A DNA stretch of 64,000 nucleotides from Trypanosoma brucei (taxonomy: Eukaryota), in NCBI GenBank assembly GCA_000002445.1, contig CM000208.1:3296001-3360000 (forward strand), written 5' to 3'. The notes beneath the pieces were generated by a model. That model worked only from the letters and a program-made list of their open reading frames with translations, searched no databases and was not told the origin of the DNA. Both the position numbers and the translations under genes were made by a program. Position 1 is the first letter of the stretch. Every line of letters begins with the position of its first letter. Of this stretch, positions 11,754 through 22,639 are shown piece by piece.

Positions 11754-12782
11754 TCAAACACGTGCTTTGCCACAGTTTGAACAAAACTTGCTTTGAGGAG
11801 AACGAAATATAGCTGCGCAACTGCCGCAGTGTGGTGGCAGCGGCTGAACGGGGGTGGGTGCCGAAGCTCGAATGCTCGGCAGCAGTCCTTGCTGTGGTGA
11901 ATTATTGTGCGAAATCGCACCTCTAGATGATCCGATGCGGGGGGTACATTGGCCTTGCTTTCTGTCACACGTGGGGCCACTCAACACCATCTCCCGCACG
12001 GACCATTCAACGTTGCCGAGGGGAAAGAACTCCTCCCGAACCGGTAGTCCACGCTTGATGCGGTCCCCCTCCAACTCAAACACCGTCTCGTGAGCCTCAC
12101 CATTGCAATCGCAAACTACACACAGGAAATGGCTTTCGAACATTCCGCAATAACAGTCCTTGCAACGCCGGTTTTGAGGGTCATGCCTCAAATGACCGTG
12201 GCCACATCGGCACTTTGCAGACCACTGCGATGGGTTCCAGCCGGACCTGCGCGTCAGCCACCCCTCACCTATCTCCTCCGGCTCATTTGGCATATAAACA
12301 TAATGAGGGCAAACACATGAACCACATTTAGGGGCCACCAGCCGACCGCGTGACTGTCGTGGCTCTTCGTGTTCATCTAGTGTATGACCGCAGAAACATC
12401 GATGCTTACCACCAATACGAGCACAGAAATCAGTATTGGCACCGGAGAGCTTGGGTTTCTCACATCTCCATAGCACGTACACTCCCGTCGTCAAAGCTTT
12501 CTTTGCCGCATCGTTCTCCAACCTTAACATTTTCTGAGACTGAGCGGACGGACCAAAGCACTGGATGCCCTGAAGCACCTGCTTTTCAGATGTCGCGTGC
12601 TTCTGGAAGTTCTCTTGTATTATGTTCTTGGCTCGACTTGCGAGATCACGGATTTGCTCGTGTACTTCATCGCTGTTGGCCACCTCTCCGTACCGAGGGG
12701 TGTTCGTCATTTGGAGGGACCCCCGCGGGTCCGTTACCTTCCCACAACCACTAGGGTTACCCGCATTAGACAAAAGACTCAT
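11754..12782 (-). CDS. cysteine-rich hypothetical protein with C-terminal zinc-ribbon (342 aa)
   Basis: The track start at 12794 is GTG; ATG at 12780-12782. Many Cys/His pairs (CFCGHTLDEH, CGSCVCPHY, CKDCYCGMF, CVVCDCNGEAHE) and a terminal CGSCAAIF...CSNCGKARV ribbon. Confidence 0.55.
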   Translation of the reverse strand: MSLLSNAGNPSGCGKVTDPRGSLQMTNTPRYGEVANSDEVHEQIRDLASRAKNIIQENFQKHATSEKQVLQGIQCFGPSAQSQKMLRLENDAAKKALTTGVYVLWRCEKPKLSGANTDFCARIGGKHRCFCGHTLDEHEEPRQSRGRLVAPKCGSCVCPHYVYMPNEPEEIGEGWLTRRSGWNPSQWSAKCRCGHGHLRHDPQNRRCKDCYCGMFESHFLCVVCDCNGEAHETVFELEGDRIKRGLPVREEFFPLGNVEWSVREMVLSGPTCDRKQGQCTPRIGSSRGAISHNNSPQQGLLPSIRASAPTPVQPLPPHCGSCAAIFRSPQSKFCSNCGKARV

Positions 12783-13341
12783 CAGCAGCCGCACGAATTA
12801 TCTCCAGGTTGAAGGATGGAGTGAACAGAATATGTACGTCCGTGCAAGCACGAAGGATACTGAAAACGATGCACTCGGTTCTGATGTTGCACCTCTGGTA
12901 AGCCAGAGAACCTTCAAATAAACAAATAGAAAGAAAGAAAGAAGTAAATTTGCTACAAATTCAACTAGAATAACGTCGCCGTTCGGCTACACCACACCGC
13001 GGAACCCTCATATACGGTAAAGTTCCCTCCTGCGAGGGAAGAAGAAAGCCCGATATTTCGTTTCGCACACTCACATGAGGGGCGCCTTTAACATGCTTCT
13101 TTTTTCTTGAGGACGGGGACCCGCTCCCCTACCTCCACCGGGAAAATAATAACAACAGTTAATCAATTACCGTATACCAAGATATTCGATAAGCCGCGAT
13201 TTTCTCCAACTGTGGAACTACCAAAAAAGAAAAAAAACACTGTTGCTGGAGAAACCCCCTAAGGTCACAACCAACGCCTGGATTAGTCCATATAATTTCT
13301 TAGCATAAGGAGTGTCACGCCAAAAACAAAGACCGCTGGGA

Positions 13342-14484
13342 TCAAATAACCTCTTCTAGAAACGCAGACCGGGGCACCTCAAAACATTTAGAGAGGGGCA
13401 CATCTTTCATTAGCTTCCACGTCACTGCTGCTGCACACAGTTTCGTCACCACATCCGCGTCACGGATGTCGTGATAGCCCTCGATAATCCCTTCGGTGCG
13501 TGTGTTATGTCTTTCCTCTGCTCGGTTTATCGATAATGCCGTCGGAAGATCGACGATACCGTTAAACACTGCAAGGGGCAAAATGAGGCTACTGGTAAAC
13601 TGCGCCGCTACACATAGTGCGACTACCTGGTACGGGTTCATAGACATCGCTAGAAGTGCGTCACGAACTTTGAAGGTCGCTCTCGGGGGAATTAGAGGGT
13701 GCCCAATGCCCACAATACGTGGCACACTCACCTCGAACGCGTGTGAAAACCACTCCGTAACGGGGTTGATGGTACGGTCCTGTTCTTCCACTATAGGGGG
13801 CGATCGAAAGTACATGTTGTCATTCTGATAGAAGGACATTAAGTAGTCGATGCGAGGTGTGATCATTTGCGGCGCGACAGTCAGAGCTCCGCTGCACATG
13901 TCACTCAAAGGCATCAAAAGTTTGTTCAGATAATCCTTTTGTTCTGAAAACTCACGGGCGCATGCATACGCCATGGCCTCGCTGGGAATCGCCAAAACCC
14001 CCCTGGACTCAAATGCCTTTACCTTACGGCCATCCACGAGCACAGTGTACCAACCTTCATGCTCTTCGTCCAGTTTCCGCACATCAACGTCCTTCCAAAA
14101 AACGCGAACTGCGGCGCGCGATGACTCACGAAGGGAGATGTCCATTTGATAAAGCGAATCCTCCTCTAGCACTCGACTTTCCTCCTTCTCCTGTTTATCC
14201 AGTTGTTGGAACAACTTCTCCAGCTCTTCTGGCTCCATTTTAGACCACTCCTCCACCTTGCGCTCTAGTTCAGCTGTAGACAATTCAGCGTGCGCACCAG
14301 GGTCACGGGGAATGCTCTCAAGAATGGCAGAAGTGTCAATGCCCGCGCTGATGCGCCGCTTTGGTTTCTTCGGCGCTACATGAAGTCCGCAGCCGTCATG
14401 TGCGGAAGAACAGAGACGTTGAGGACCGCCGGATAGGCACCAGTGTGCTGCAAGAAAGGTATGAGGCCGTAAAAACTTTCGCAT
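13342..14484 (-). CDS. ATP12: ATP synthase F1 assembly factor 2 (ATP12/ATPAF2 homolog), mitochondrial
   Basis: WYTVLVDGRKVKAFESRGVLAIPSEAMAYACAREFSEQKDYLNKLLMPLSDMCSGALTV matches the ATP12 core (..V.LDGR.LKTP....L.LPSE.LA.AIA.EW..Q...I....MPLT.L), compared from memory. N-terminal MRKFLRPHTFLAAHW looks like a mitochondrial presequence. The track start at 14493 is GTG; ATG at 14484. Confidence 0.7.
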   Translation of the reverse strand: MRKFLRPHTFLAAHWCLSGGPQRLCSSAHDGCGLHVAPKKPKRRISAGIDTSAILESIPRDPGAHAELSTAELERKVEEWSKMEPEELEKLFQQLDKQEKEESRVLEEDSLYQMDISLRESSRAAVRVFWKDVDVRKLDEEHEGWYTVLVDGRKVKAFESRGVLAIPSEAMAYACAREFSEQKDYLNKLLMPLSDMCSGALTVAPQMITPRIDYLMSFYQNDNMYFRSPPIVEEQDRTINPVTEWFSHAFEVSVPRIVGIGHPLIPPRATFKVRDALLAMSMNPYQVVALCVAAQFTSSLILPLAVFNGIVDLPTALSINRAEERHNTRTEGIIEGYHDIRDADVVTKLCAAAVTWKLMKDVPLSKCFEVPRSAFLEEVI

Positions 14485-15101
14485 GACAAGCACTACCTCC
14501 TCCTTTTCGAAATGCTAACTGTGTACCCACCAGTAACAACAGGCAGCTGAAAATGCTATACTGCGACTCGTTAAGTGGGCTGGGGCCCTTTCCTCCTAAG
14601 CATGGAAGAAGCACGTTTATAGTCACAAAAGAGTCAGATTCACAATTATAATTAGGTTGGTTCCAGGGAGAGAGAGAGACAAGGTATATGCCAAAACAGA
14701 ACTCAGGTTTGTTGCACGTGACTACAATATTGTTATAATTATTTTTTTTCGTCCTGCCCCGACGGTTTAACGATGCCGGACAGCCGCCCCGCGTAAGCCG
14801 GTAGGAATAACAGAAGGAGGTGGGGTGCCGCCCCGAAGAAAGGAACGCAAATTTGAGAAATATTTCGTATGTACAAACGGAGAAGGACAGCCACATAACA
14901 GGCACAGACACAGCCGCATAATTGGCAGCAAATATTGTCGTGCTGTCATCGCGCAGCAGTAATATGTTCCCCTCATGTTACTTTCACCCTTCCTCTTTCT
15001 CTCTCCTCCATCCCAGATAGACACCGAGAGTCAGTTTCAGGAAGGAAGTTCGTTTTTCTCCTTCCAACTGATGGGACATACCCCCCTCGGTTTTGGTGGA
15101 A

Positions 15102-16061
15102 CTAGAACAAATCGTAACGTAACTCTACTGGGATCTTATCCCGATCCTGCTCACAGAAAAATTCGTCCATTTTCCACTCACGGACTGCGTTTGGACGGTT
15201 CACGGCATCGAAGTGCGCGGGTTCAGAGAGTGGTTGGGGCAAACTCAGTCTCTCTGGACCGTAATTGAAGTCATAAAATGATTTCTGGAGCAGCGTTACT
15301 TCCCCGTTTTCTGGCCGACATTTCGAGTCCTTGAGCACCTCAAGGAACTCAAACGTCCAGCGCGTGATGACAGTGAAGCCTGATGGGGGGTCAAGGTGGT
15401 GCGAGTAGCTATCCAAATGCGCTTCGGAAGAGGCGAGGCAAACGACATTTGGTGCTTTTATCTCAAGACACAAGGAAAGCGCACGGCATGTGTCAACAAG
15501 AAAAACTAGTTTACGATATCGTCGCTGTTCCCACATCATCATGAGGGTGTCCGCAATGTCTGTTGAGCTCATGAACTCCGAGTCCTGAAACTTGAAGAAT
15601 TTCTCAGCTGAGTGGCCAGCAGCGTAAATGATTATGTTCGAGTTCTCGTCGGTGTCGAGACGCCGTGAAGGAGGAGTATTCTCATCATATCGGCCCTGCA
15701 GGACGCCAAGGAACCGGCGAACACCGACATCGTAGCTCGCGTAGTCCACTCTAATATTGCAGCCGTATAGATTCGGTTGCTCCGCTTGGGCAGGTGCTCC
15801 GTAAATTGTCGCTGGGTTGGGTTTGCGGGGATCGCAGGCGTAGCTATCGCTAAGAAAGACAAGGATGTGGTCGTCATCCATCCCGTGTTTTCGACACAAA
15901 TGGTACATGGCCAGCGCATTCGTTGTATGACGGAGATTAAAGAAGTAACGGGAGGAGGACAGGATGACGGCCCAGGTGTTGGTTTTATTCATACCATGAA
16001 AGCCTTCCGCGGCCGGCGCTAAGAAGAGGTTGGCCACGAGCCACAGTAACATGGGCAACAT
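15102..16061 (-). CDS. GPI8: GPI-anchor transamidase catalytic subunit GPI8 (C13 cysteine peptidase), 319 aa
   Basis: WAVILSSSRYFFNLRHTTNALAMYH plus the C13 His/Cys catalytic context. Signal peptide MLPMLLWLVANLFLAPAAEG. The track start at 16118 is TTG; the first ATG at 16059-16061 gives the 319-aa length I recall for TbGPI8. Confidence 0.9.
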   Translation of the reverse strand: MLPMLLWLVANLFLAPAAEGFHGMNKTNTWAVILSSSRYFFNLRHTTNALAMYHLCRKHGMDDDHILVFLSDSYACDPRKPNPATIYGAPAQAEQPNLYGCNIRVDYASYDVGVRRFLGVLQGRYDENTPPSRRLDTDENSNIIIYAAGHSAEKFFKFQDSEFMSSTDIADTLMMMWEQRRYRKLVFLVDTCRALSLCLEIKAPNVVCLASSEAHLDSYSHHLDPPSGFTVITRWTFEFLEVLKDSKCRPENGEVTLLQKSFYDFNYGPERLSLPQPLSEPAHFDAVNRPNAVREWKMDEFFCEQDRDKIPVELRYDLF

Positions 16062-16370
16062 CACCTTCCGGTTGCAAAAAACGAATGCTGGAAATAAATA
16101 TGCAAGCGCCTGATCCAACTAATCGGATACTATGTACTCAACCTAAGTGCCGTCGGTTTCTCCTTCCACGTCAGCACACTTCAGGTTAATGCAACCCTTT
16201 ACCAACTCTTCCCTTGCCACTTGTTTGAAACCTTTGTGCCTATCCTCGTCCGTGCTGGTGCGAACCCAGTACTCGGTGATGGGGACTACAACTTAAATTT
16301 CTTATTTAACTTGACTATCTAACACTTTTCTTCGTGTCACTATGGTGGGAAAACGAGGATTTTCTTTTTA

Positions 16371-16400
16371 AAAAAAAAAGCGAACGAAGGTGAAGCAAGC
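16371..16400 (-). promoter_or_regulatory. polypyrimidine tract (as read on the minus strand) upstream of GPI8
   Basis: The + strand reads aaaaaaaaaagcgaacgaaggtgaagcaagcg, i.e. T10 plus a pyrimidine run on the transcribed strand, ~310 nt upstream of the GPI8 ATG. Confidence 0.3.
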
Positions 16401-16721
16401 GGTACCTACTGTTCGACGCTCAAAATGAAGCGGATCAAACACCGCAACCTCGGAACTGTTCCCATCGTACGGAACCCAACCAAACACAAACGGGTATGTA
16501 TCTAAGGATCTTAGACTGCACATTTTGATGATATTGCCACCAATGCTGAGAAACGGGCACATGCCGACTCATTCCGGTCCCCCCCCCTCGCAAGTGGCTA
16601 CGAGTGGGGCACATATCACTCACCCGCAACGAATGCTCCCACAAGGGAAAAGTGCGCGCGAATACACTGACGCCCCACCAAATTCTCCGTATTTTCTTAC
16701 TGTTTTAAGGGCTGACAGCTA

Positions 16722-18026
16722 CTACGTCAGAAGGCGCTCACTGCTATCCATCTGCTGCAGCCGCGGAGGCATCCGCATATGGGTGATGGGTATTTCATAC
16801 TCGTTGGCGCAACCGAGAAACGAATGGGCCGTCGAACACCCTTTCCCGTCACTGCCTGCCGAAGACCCCATGGGGCCGTTCCGCCAAATCATATCAAACC
16901 CACCGACACGCACCTCGTCGCCCGTTCTCCGTTTCTCGAGGTCAACAACATTGAACATATCCTCAAGCAGGTTAAACTTCAGGTGGTAGTCGGCAGGCGT
17001 TTCGGCTGAGAGTGATGGCGAAGCATTCGTTTCTATAAGCCACGGATGCAAATCACTGTCAATCATGATATCGTAACCGTAAAGTTCAAAGCAGTGTTTG
17101 TCCTGGACAATTACCCTCTGCACAGCATTCAAGGAACGGAGAATCATATTCTGTATGTCGTCAAAAAGCTTCTGCGCCACCTGGACCCCACACGACGCTG
17201 TAATGTACTGCCTCAGGTTTCGAAGCCCATACTTGCACCCAGAGGAGGGTGTATATTTCGGGTTCGTTTTCTGCACGGCAACATTTGTTACGTGAATAAA
17301 TGTGTTATCAATATCTTTGAGGGAAAACCGCTGGTGGCAGAAGCGAGCAAAACCCGTGCGATGCAACCACACTGTCAGAGGCGAGTAGGAGGTTACGAGA
17401 ACGTACACACGCAGGTCATACTTCTTTCCACCGACCAAATGAGGGTTCTCAATATAACGCTGTGCTAGGTACGGTTCCACTTGCTCTGTGCCGTACGTGG
17501 AGCCACACTTTTCACCGTTAAGGCCGCCCTGTCGGGCCTTGTATTCCCTGCGCCACTCTGATATCTGAGATATTTTTGAGAAAAGGAATATGCCTTTTCC
17601 CTGTGCCTTCGCGGGGGGCTTCATAATCCAAACCGCATTGGGCTGACGCCGGAATTCCATCTCAAAAAGTCCGTAGTCCTGTGGAAGAGAAAAAGTTGTG
17701 GGAAAGAAATCGAACTCCGTTGCCTCCTCCGACCGGCCCTCACGCTCCAAGGTCTTGCGCATCCGCTTCAAATTCTTCACCATGAGATCCTTTCGCGTTA
17801 GTTCAAAGTGATTACGAAAGTGATTAATCCGCTGTGCATCGTCCAAACGCACATGGTCATACGCTTCACGGATCCAGCACACGTCAGCCCAAAAGAGGTC
17901 CCAGGCAAGTTCACTATCCGTCTCCAGCCAACCACGACTGCGCATCACGTCAAGCACTGTATTGCGCAGAAATGTACGGAAGCGTATTGGACCTACCCTG
18001 CCCCGGCGCTCCCCTACCGCCGGCAT
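16722..18026 (-). CDS. TTLL9: tubulin-tyrosine ligase-like protein (TTLL9-like)
   Basis: ATG confirmed. FRTFLRNTVLDVMRSRGWLETDSELAWDLFWADVCWIREAYDHVRLDDAQRINHFRNHFELTRKDLMVKNLKRMRK and WIMKPPAKAQGKGIFLF...YLAQRYIENPHLVGGKKYDLRVYVLV match the TTL ATP-grasp core and the human TTLL9 N-terminal region, compared from memory. Confidence 0.85.
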   Translation of the reverse strand: MPAVGERRGRVGPIRFRTFLRNTVLDVMRSRGWLETDSELAWDLFWADVCWIREAYDHVRLDDAQRINHFRNHFELTRKDLMVKNLKRMRKTLEREGRSEEATEFDFFPTTFSLPQDYGLFEMEFRRQPNAVWIMKPPAKAQGKGIFLFSKISQISEWRREYKARQGGLNGEKCGSTYGTEQVEPYLAQRYIENPHLVGGKKYDLRVYVLVTSYSPLTVWLHRTGFARFCHQRFSLKDIDNTFIHVTNVAVQKTNPKYTPSSGCKYGLRNLRQYITASCGVQVAQKLFDDIQNMILRSLNAVQRVIVQDKHCFELYGYDIMIDSDLHPWLIETNASPSLSAETPADYHLKFNLLEDMFNVVDLEKRRTGDEVRVGGFDMIWRNGPMGSSAGSDGKGCSTAHSFLGCANEYEIPITHMRMPPRLQQMDSSERLLT

Positions 18027-18621
18027 TGAAAATGTCCTGCCCTCCAGCTAACAAGCGAAGCCTGGGTATAATAAATAAAATTTCTTCACTCACACCCGCA
18101 CACAAAACGCACCAAGTGCGCAGTGTTTCCGCTTAGAGAATCCTCTGCGATGGACTAATATATGAGTGCGAATATACCTTTCTGTGTGTTGCGGTCCGTA
18201 CGCTTATGTTGTGAGTGGGGAGGGAAACAAATAATAGAACAATCAAAAAATAATACGACAGGGGAAAAAGATAGAGCATCAATATGCTAAAACAACAAAC
18301 GGAGCAGCGACTCCTACTGGTGGGTGCCTACGCATGATGTCCAGCATGAATGCACACCCCCCACACACACAAAAGCAGTGAGTGTAATGACGACAAGCTA
18401 ACAAAACCATGCTGTTAGGTCAGCACATTTTGCCAACTAATCGAGCACACAAGCCTCCCCATGGTGTTCACAACCTCATGTCAACACTCTAAGACCAATT
18501 GATCCCGCACCGGTGGCGCGCCGAGTGACGTGTAAGACATCACAACCAGCACACGACTGCACGCGTAAGGGGGAGGGGCAGTGTAAGGTATACCGTCAAC
18601 TTTCATCGAAAGCCGCAGCGT

Positions 18622-21600
18622 TTACCAAGCCGATAGAGTTTGAACCTTAGAGGTTAGACCAAAAACCTGCACGTAAGAGTGGAGCACATCCCCCCTTCCC
18701 GAACGAAGTAGCGTGTGAATGTGACGCAAACGCACGCGATGATACGCGGAACAAAAATCTAGGAGCGCACCCATTCTTGCTGAACACAGGGAAGGAGACC
18801 ACTCGAAGCATGTAGTGAGCATCTTGAAGCACAACTCAGATTCACTTTCCTCCATAGAAGGGCAACCAGCAACGTGCACTGCCACTTCATGAAATATGTC
18901 ACCGATAGTCTGTTCTTCTATAAGGGGCACACTCCCATCGTAATCATCTTCATGATTTAGAACCGTGTCAACCGTTGCGAGTATCTCTAAAAGAAATGTG
19001 TTACCAAGGCATCGCACCAGGTACGTTAAGAGGAGAGTCCAGCAGTTACCGGCATTCAGCTGCGCTCGAATCTGTGCTCCAAAGTACCCCTTCGATGAAA
19101 GAGCAGCCGTGATAGTATTAAACACAGTTTTGCGCCGCTTGGTGTGCGACATGATCAACTCAACCGGGGTAGATATTACAGCCACCAGGAACTGATAGAA
19201 CCTTGAGAGGAATTCCTCGTTGTACACCAGCACAACACCCAAGTTGCACCACTCGCCATCAATCAGACTACTCATAATACTGGACATGTTGTACACCAAA
19301 AGTTCGTTACTCTGTGAAAAGGGCGGCGACTGCAAAAATAACTCGGAATTTGTTTCGGTAATGCCATACGAACCTACGCCGGCACGCAAGGCAAATGTGG
19401 CGAAACTAAACAAACTATAATGTGCTTCACACGCCTTGTCGTCATGTAATAGTCCCTTCGCCAAATCGCACAACCTCGCACACAATTCCACCAACAGAGG
19501 CACAATCGTGGCATCCGCACACAACAGATCTTCAAATATAGCGTGACTTTCACTAACGGCATCAAGGAGCCAATAAAGGGGTTCTGGCTGATGAATACCC
19601 TCAGCAACAGCGATAAGGTCCCCAATTAGAATATGCGAATTCGACACTTGCCGGGCACCCTCAATTATGTTGGCGACGATGCGCGGAAACAGGTCAAACG
19701 TCGGGAAGCCAGCATAGTGGCGCGACTCCACAAAGAATGTCAGGGCGGTAAATAGCCCCGACCTCGCTGCCCTCTCCTCTTTAGGAAAATCACCGCCAGT
19801 CGTACGCAACAGGAAAATGCGGTCCTCTTTGACTGCTGTTAAAAGTGACGTCATCTTACCTGAAGACAAAAAGCAACCGCGTACACCCTGCCCTAGAACT
19901 TTCATTAAAAGGTTGTTCGCATCGGAAACAAGAACGGCCTTGTCACTGTGGTACATATACACATAACGCACAAGACTTGCTAGAATCTCATAAAACTCTC
20001 GGTACCCCTCGTGTTGCGACTCGTACACGCAGCCACAATAGAAGAAGAGAGAACGCAGTACCCCCACGTGAATCTTCGAGTTGCTCACCCCCCAGTCGGT
20101 AACATCACTATTGAAATCGCCCTCGCACACGTTACCAACAGAAGCACCGTCTACGTCTCCACTATCCATGTCCATGAACGAAAGTCCTTCTAAAAATGCT
20201 GTTGTGAGGGTGTCTGTGGCAGTCACGAGACCCTGTGCAAACTGTCCGATGATATCAATCACTTTGTCACCGTTCCGCGCCGTGTCGTTAAGCATAGCGA
20301 TCGCCACGGCAGCAATAATGACAGAGAGACGAGAAAGGCAGACGTGTGTGATAAAAAGAAACACATTTGTTTCCTTCAAAGCACAGGGTAGTGCATCTTG
20401 GTTGATTGCAAGAGACAGCATAAGTTCGCCCAGTCTCTCCTTATCACCCGACCCACGCAGCTCTACGCATGCTTCATACTGCTCAATTGTGGTGACTAAT
20501 CGCTCCACGATTAAACTGTACAAATCTATTTGTTCACAAAAAAACATTTCCGCTATAGGGAGTAGTGTCTTCTCGTTGTGTAACATGACACCTACATCCG
20601 ACCGAAGTTCATTGGAATCCTCCTGTAAATGGGCCTTGCTAACAACGTTCTCAAAGTAACACTGCCCAACCCGGAGAAGTGTTGATGCAAGCGGTAACGC
20701 CCGTGGATCCTCGCATCCTTGACCATTTAAGGCAACTACGCGCGGAATTACCCGATCACCGAATAGGTAGAAGAGATGCATGACCTCCCGCCGGATTTCC
20801 TCCTCATCATCATCCCAGCGGTCTAGCAACCCCTGAGCAGCTCCCGCCCACATTTCAATCAACTGCGGACGGTTGTACAAGTACACTGACACCTTCCCCT
20901 CATCGCGGTCGAACACGTTAACAAGTAGCGTGCAACTTAACTGTAGCAAGTGAGTGAGGCCAGTAGAAGTATATAAAGTCAACAGGTCACCGGTAAGTTC
21001 CAGAAACATGTCGTTTAACGCGTTTCGTGCGCTGAACCATTCTGGATCAAGACAAACAATAGCTGATACCACGCGTAAAAGCTGCGCGCACTGCCCACCT
21101 AACTCCATTGTCGGATCGGCGAGCAGCGCCCGCCCACAACTCTGGGCAGCGACCGTTAGAGCGGGAAACCAGCCGGATGCGTCCTCCAGAAAAACGCTGT
21201 CGTGTGTGGTCAGCCGCACAGTGATCAAAGGCTCTGCTGGGGAAGAAGGAATCGACTCGAGGACCGCACAGCAGACCTCCAGTGCGGTTCGCCCATGCTC
21301 GGCGATATGTCCTACTCCTAGTTGAAAGAATGACGGAAGGATGTCGTGGACAAACGCCGTGCGAAGGTAGCCTAATGTTCCTTTGGATTCCTGCTCTGCA
21401 ATATGGTTGATCACTACTAACGCACACTCCAACACATCCTCTGTGGGGAAATGTCCAGTAAGTTCTTCAATAATGTGATCGCCGATCCCCTTTGAGCCCG
21501 CATCGAGCGTGACTACCGTTAACCGCCAATTAATATAAAAGGCAGCCGCATAGATCGCGTACAACTCGTTCCTCACATATGACGGGAGCGCCTCCTCCTG

Positions 21601-21882
21601 CTCTCGAATCCTATTAAGGTAACTCAAAACGTAACTCTGCATATCCCTTCTCTCTTGAGGGCCAAGCTCATTGCTCACAATATACCGCAATGCCTTCCCG
21701 ATGATGAACCGCAAATAATTACTAGTAGCCTGCGGTAGCAGCAGCTTCAAGGCTTCATAGTTGTCATAGCAGCTCATGGTACGGAGCCGAGTCGCCGCAC
21801 GATCCCGGACAGTTTTATCCGGTGCCTTTAGCATTTCTTCGGCAAGTTGGGAGAGCACCCCAATATTCATCTGATCCATCAT
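18622..21882 (-). CDS. importin-beta family nuclear transport receptor, exportin-like (~1086 aa, XPO7-sized)
   Basis: HEAT/ARM-type helical repeats throughout. The N-terminal importin-beta-like region and the length match exportin-7-type karyopherins. The track start at 21885 is TTG; ATG at 21880-21882. Confidence 0.7.
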   Translation of the reverse strand: MMDQMNIGVLSQLAEEMLKAPDKTVRDRAATRLRTMSCYDNYEALKLLLPQATSNYLRFIIGKALRYIVSNELGPQERRDMQSYVLSYLNRIREQEEALPSYVRNELYAIYAAAFYINWRLTVVTLDAGSKGIGDHIIEELTGHFPTEDVLECALVVINHIAEQESKGTLGYLRTAFVHDILPSFFQLGVGHIAEHGRTALEVCCAVLESIPSSPAEPLITVRLTTHDSVFLEDASGWFPALTVAAQSCGRALLADPTMELGGQCAQLLRVVSAIVCLDPEWFSARNALNDMFLELTGDLLTLYTSTGLTHLLQLSCTLLVNVFDRDEGKVSVYLYNRPQLIEMWAGAAQGLLDRWDDDEEEIRREVMHLFYLFGDRVIPRVVALNGQGCEDPRALPLASTLLRVGQCYFENVVSKAHLQEDSNELRSDVGVMLHNEKTLLPIAEMFFCEQIDLYSLIVERLVTTIEQYEACVELRGSGDKERLGELMLSLAINQDALPCALKETNVFLFITHVCLSRLSVIIAAVAIAMLNDTARNGDKVIDIIGQFAQGLVTATDTLTTAFLEGLSFMDMDSGDVDGASVGNVCEGDFNSDVTDWGVSNSKIHVGVLRSLFFYCGCVYESQHEGYREFYEILASLVRYVYMYHSDKAVLVSDANNLLMKVLGQGVRGCFLSSGKMTSLLTAVKEDRIFLLRTTGGDFPKEERAARSGLFTALTFFVESRHYAGFPTFDLFPRIVANIIEGARQVSNSHILIGDLIAVAEGIHQPEPLYWLLDAVSESHAIFEDLLCADATIVPLLVELCARLCDLAKGLLHDDKACEAHYSLFSFATFALRAGVGSYGITETNSELFLQSPPFSQSNELLVYNMSSIMSSLIDGEWCNLGVVLVYNEEFLSRFYQFLVAVISTPVELIMSHTKRRKTVFNTITAALSSKGYFGAQIRAQLNAGNCWTLLLTYLVRCLGNTFLLEILATVDTVLNHEDDYDGSVPLIEEQTIGDIFHEVAVHVAGCPSMEESESELCFKMLTTCFEWSPSLCSARMGALLDFCSAYHRVRLRHIHTLLRSGRGDVLHSYVQVFGLTSKVQTLSAW

Positions 21883-22639
21883 CAACTATCGCTTCCCACC
21901 TCCCTACACCACGTCCGAAGATTGCACTTTTTACTTCCTCCCTTCCACCTTCTCTGTTCTTGTATTTTTCAGCTTTTTCTCCGTACAAATATGTGGAATT
22001 CTGTCACTAATTGTTTCGGTGGTGACGTAGAATCAAGTAAAAAAAGGACGTACGCACCGACCTTAGAGGATTAAAAGATAACAAGAACAAACAAGTTTTG
22101 AGTATTCGGCAGCATGTCAGGTATTTAAGTCCCTCAATGAGATGGAGACTGGCAGAGCGGTGAAGTGGAAATATATATTATACTCACCCTCAAACTTATG
22201 CAACGCAACTTCCCACCCCACGCTGCAGTCTCACTAAATCTATGCACAATCCTCATTTTACATGTTGTGCCGTGTCGGGCCTCATCCTGGATATTCATTC
22301 GTACAGTGCACCTCCCTACAAGCTCCACCGATATACAGATAATGGGTAGGGCCCACTCCGTAATATGGGTTACATCTGGAGTCGGCCAAAACAAATTTTC
22401 ATTCAGTTTTGTGAATGGTGGAAGTGTGGAAGAACGCCAACAAACAAAATGATAAGAGTTTTCCCACGTATACGATCTATTATAAACACAGAACAAAACT
22501 AGGTGACACTCACGACCCGCTCCATCGATACAACAAATAAAAAATAACGTGGACACCTAGAGAAGGTGGAAATAACGTCAAAACCAAAAGCTGGCGCCCT
22601 CATGTGCAGCACATCGATTGGGTAAAACCTTCCTGTACA

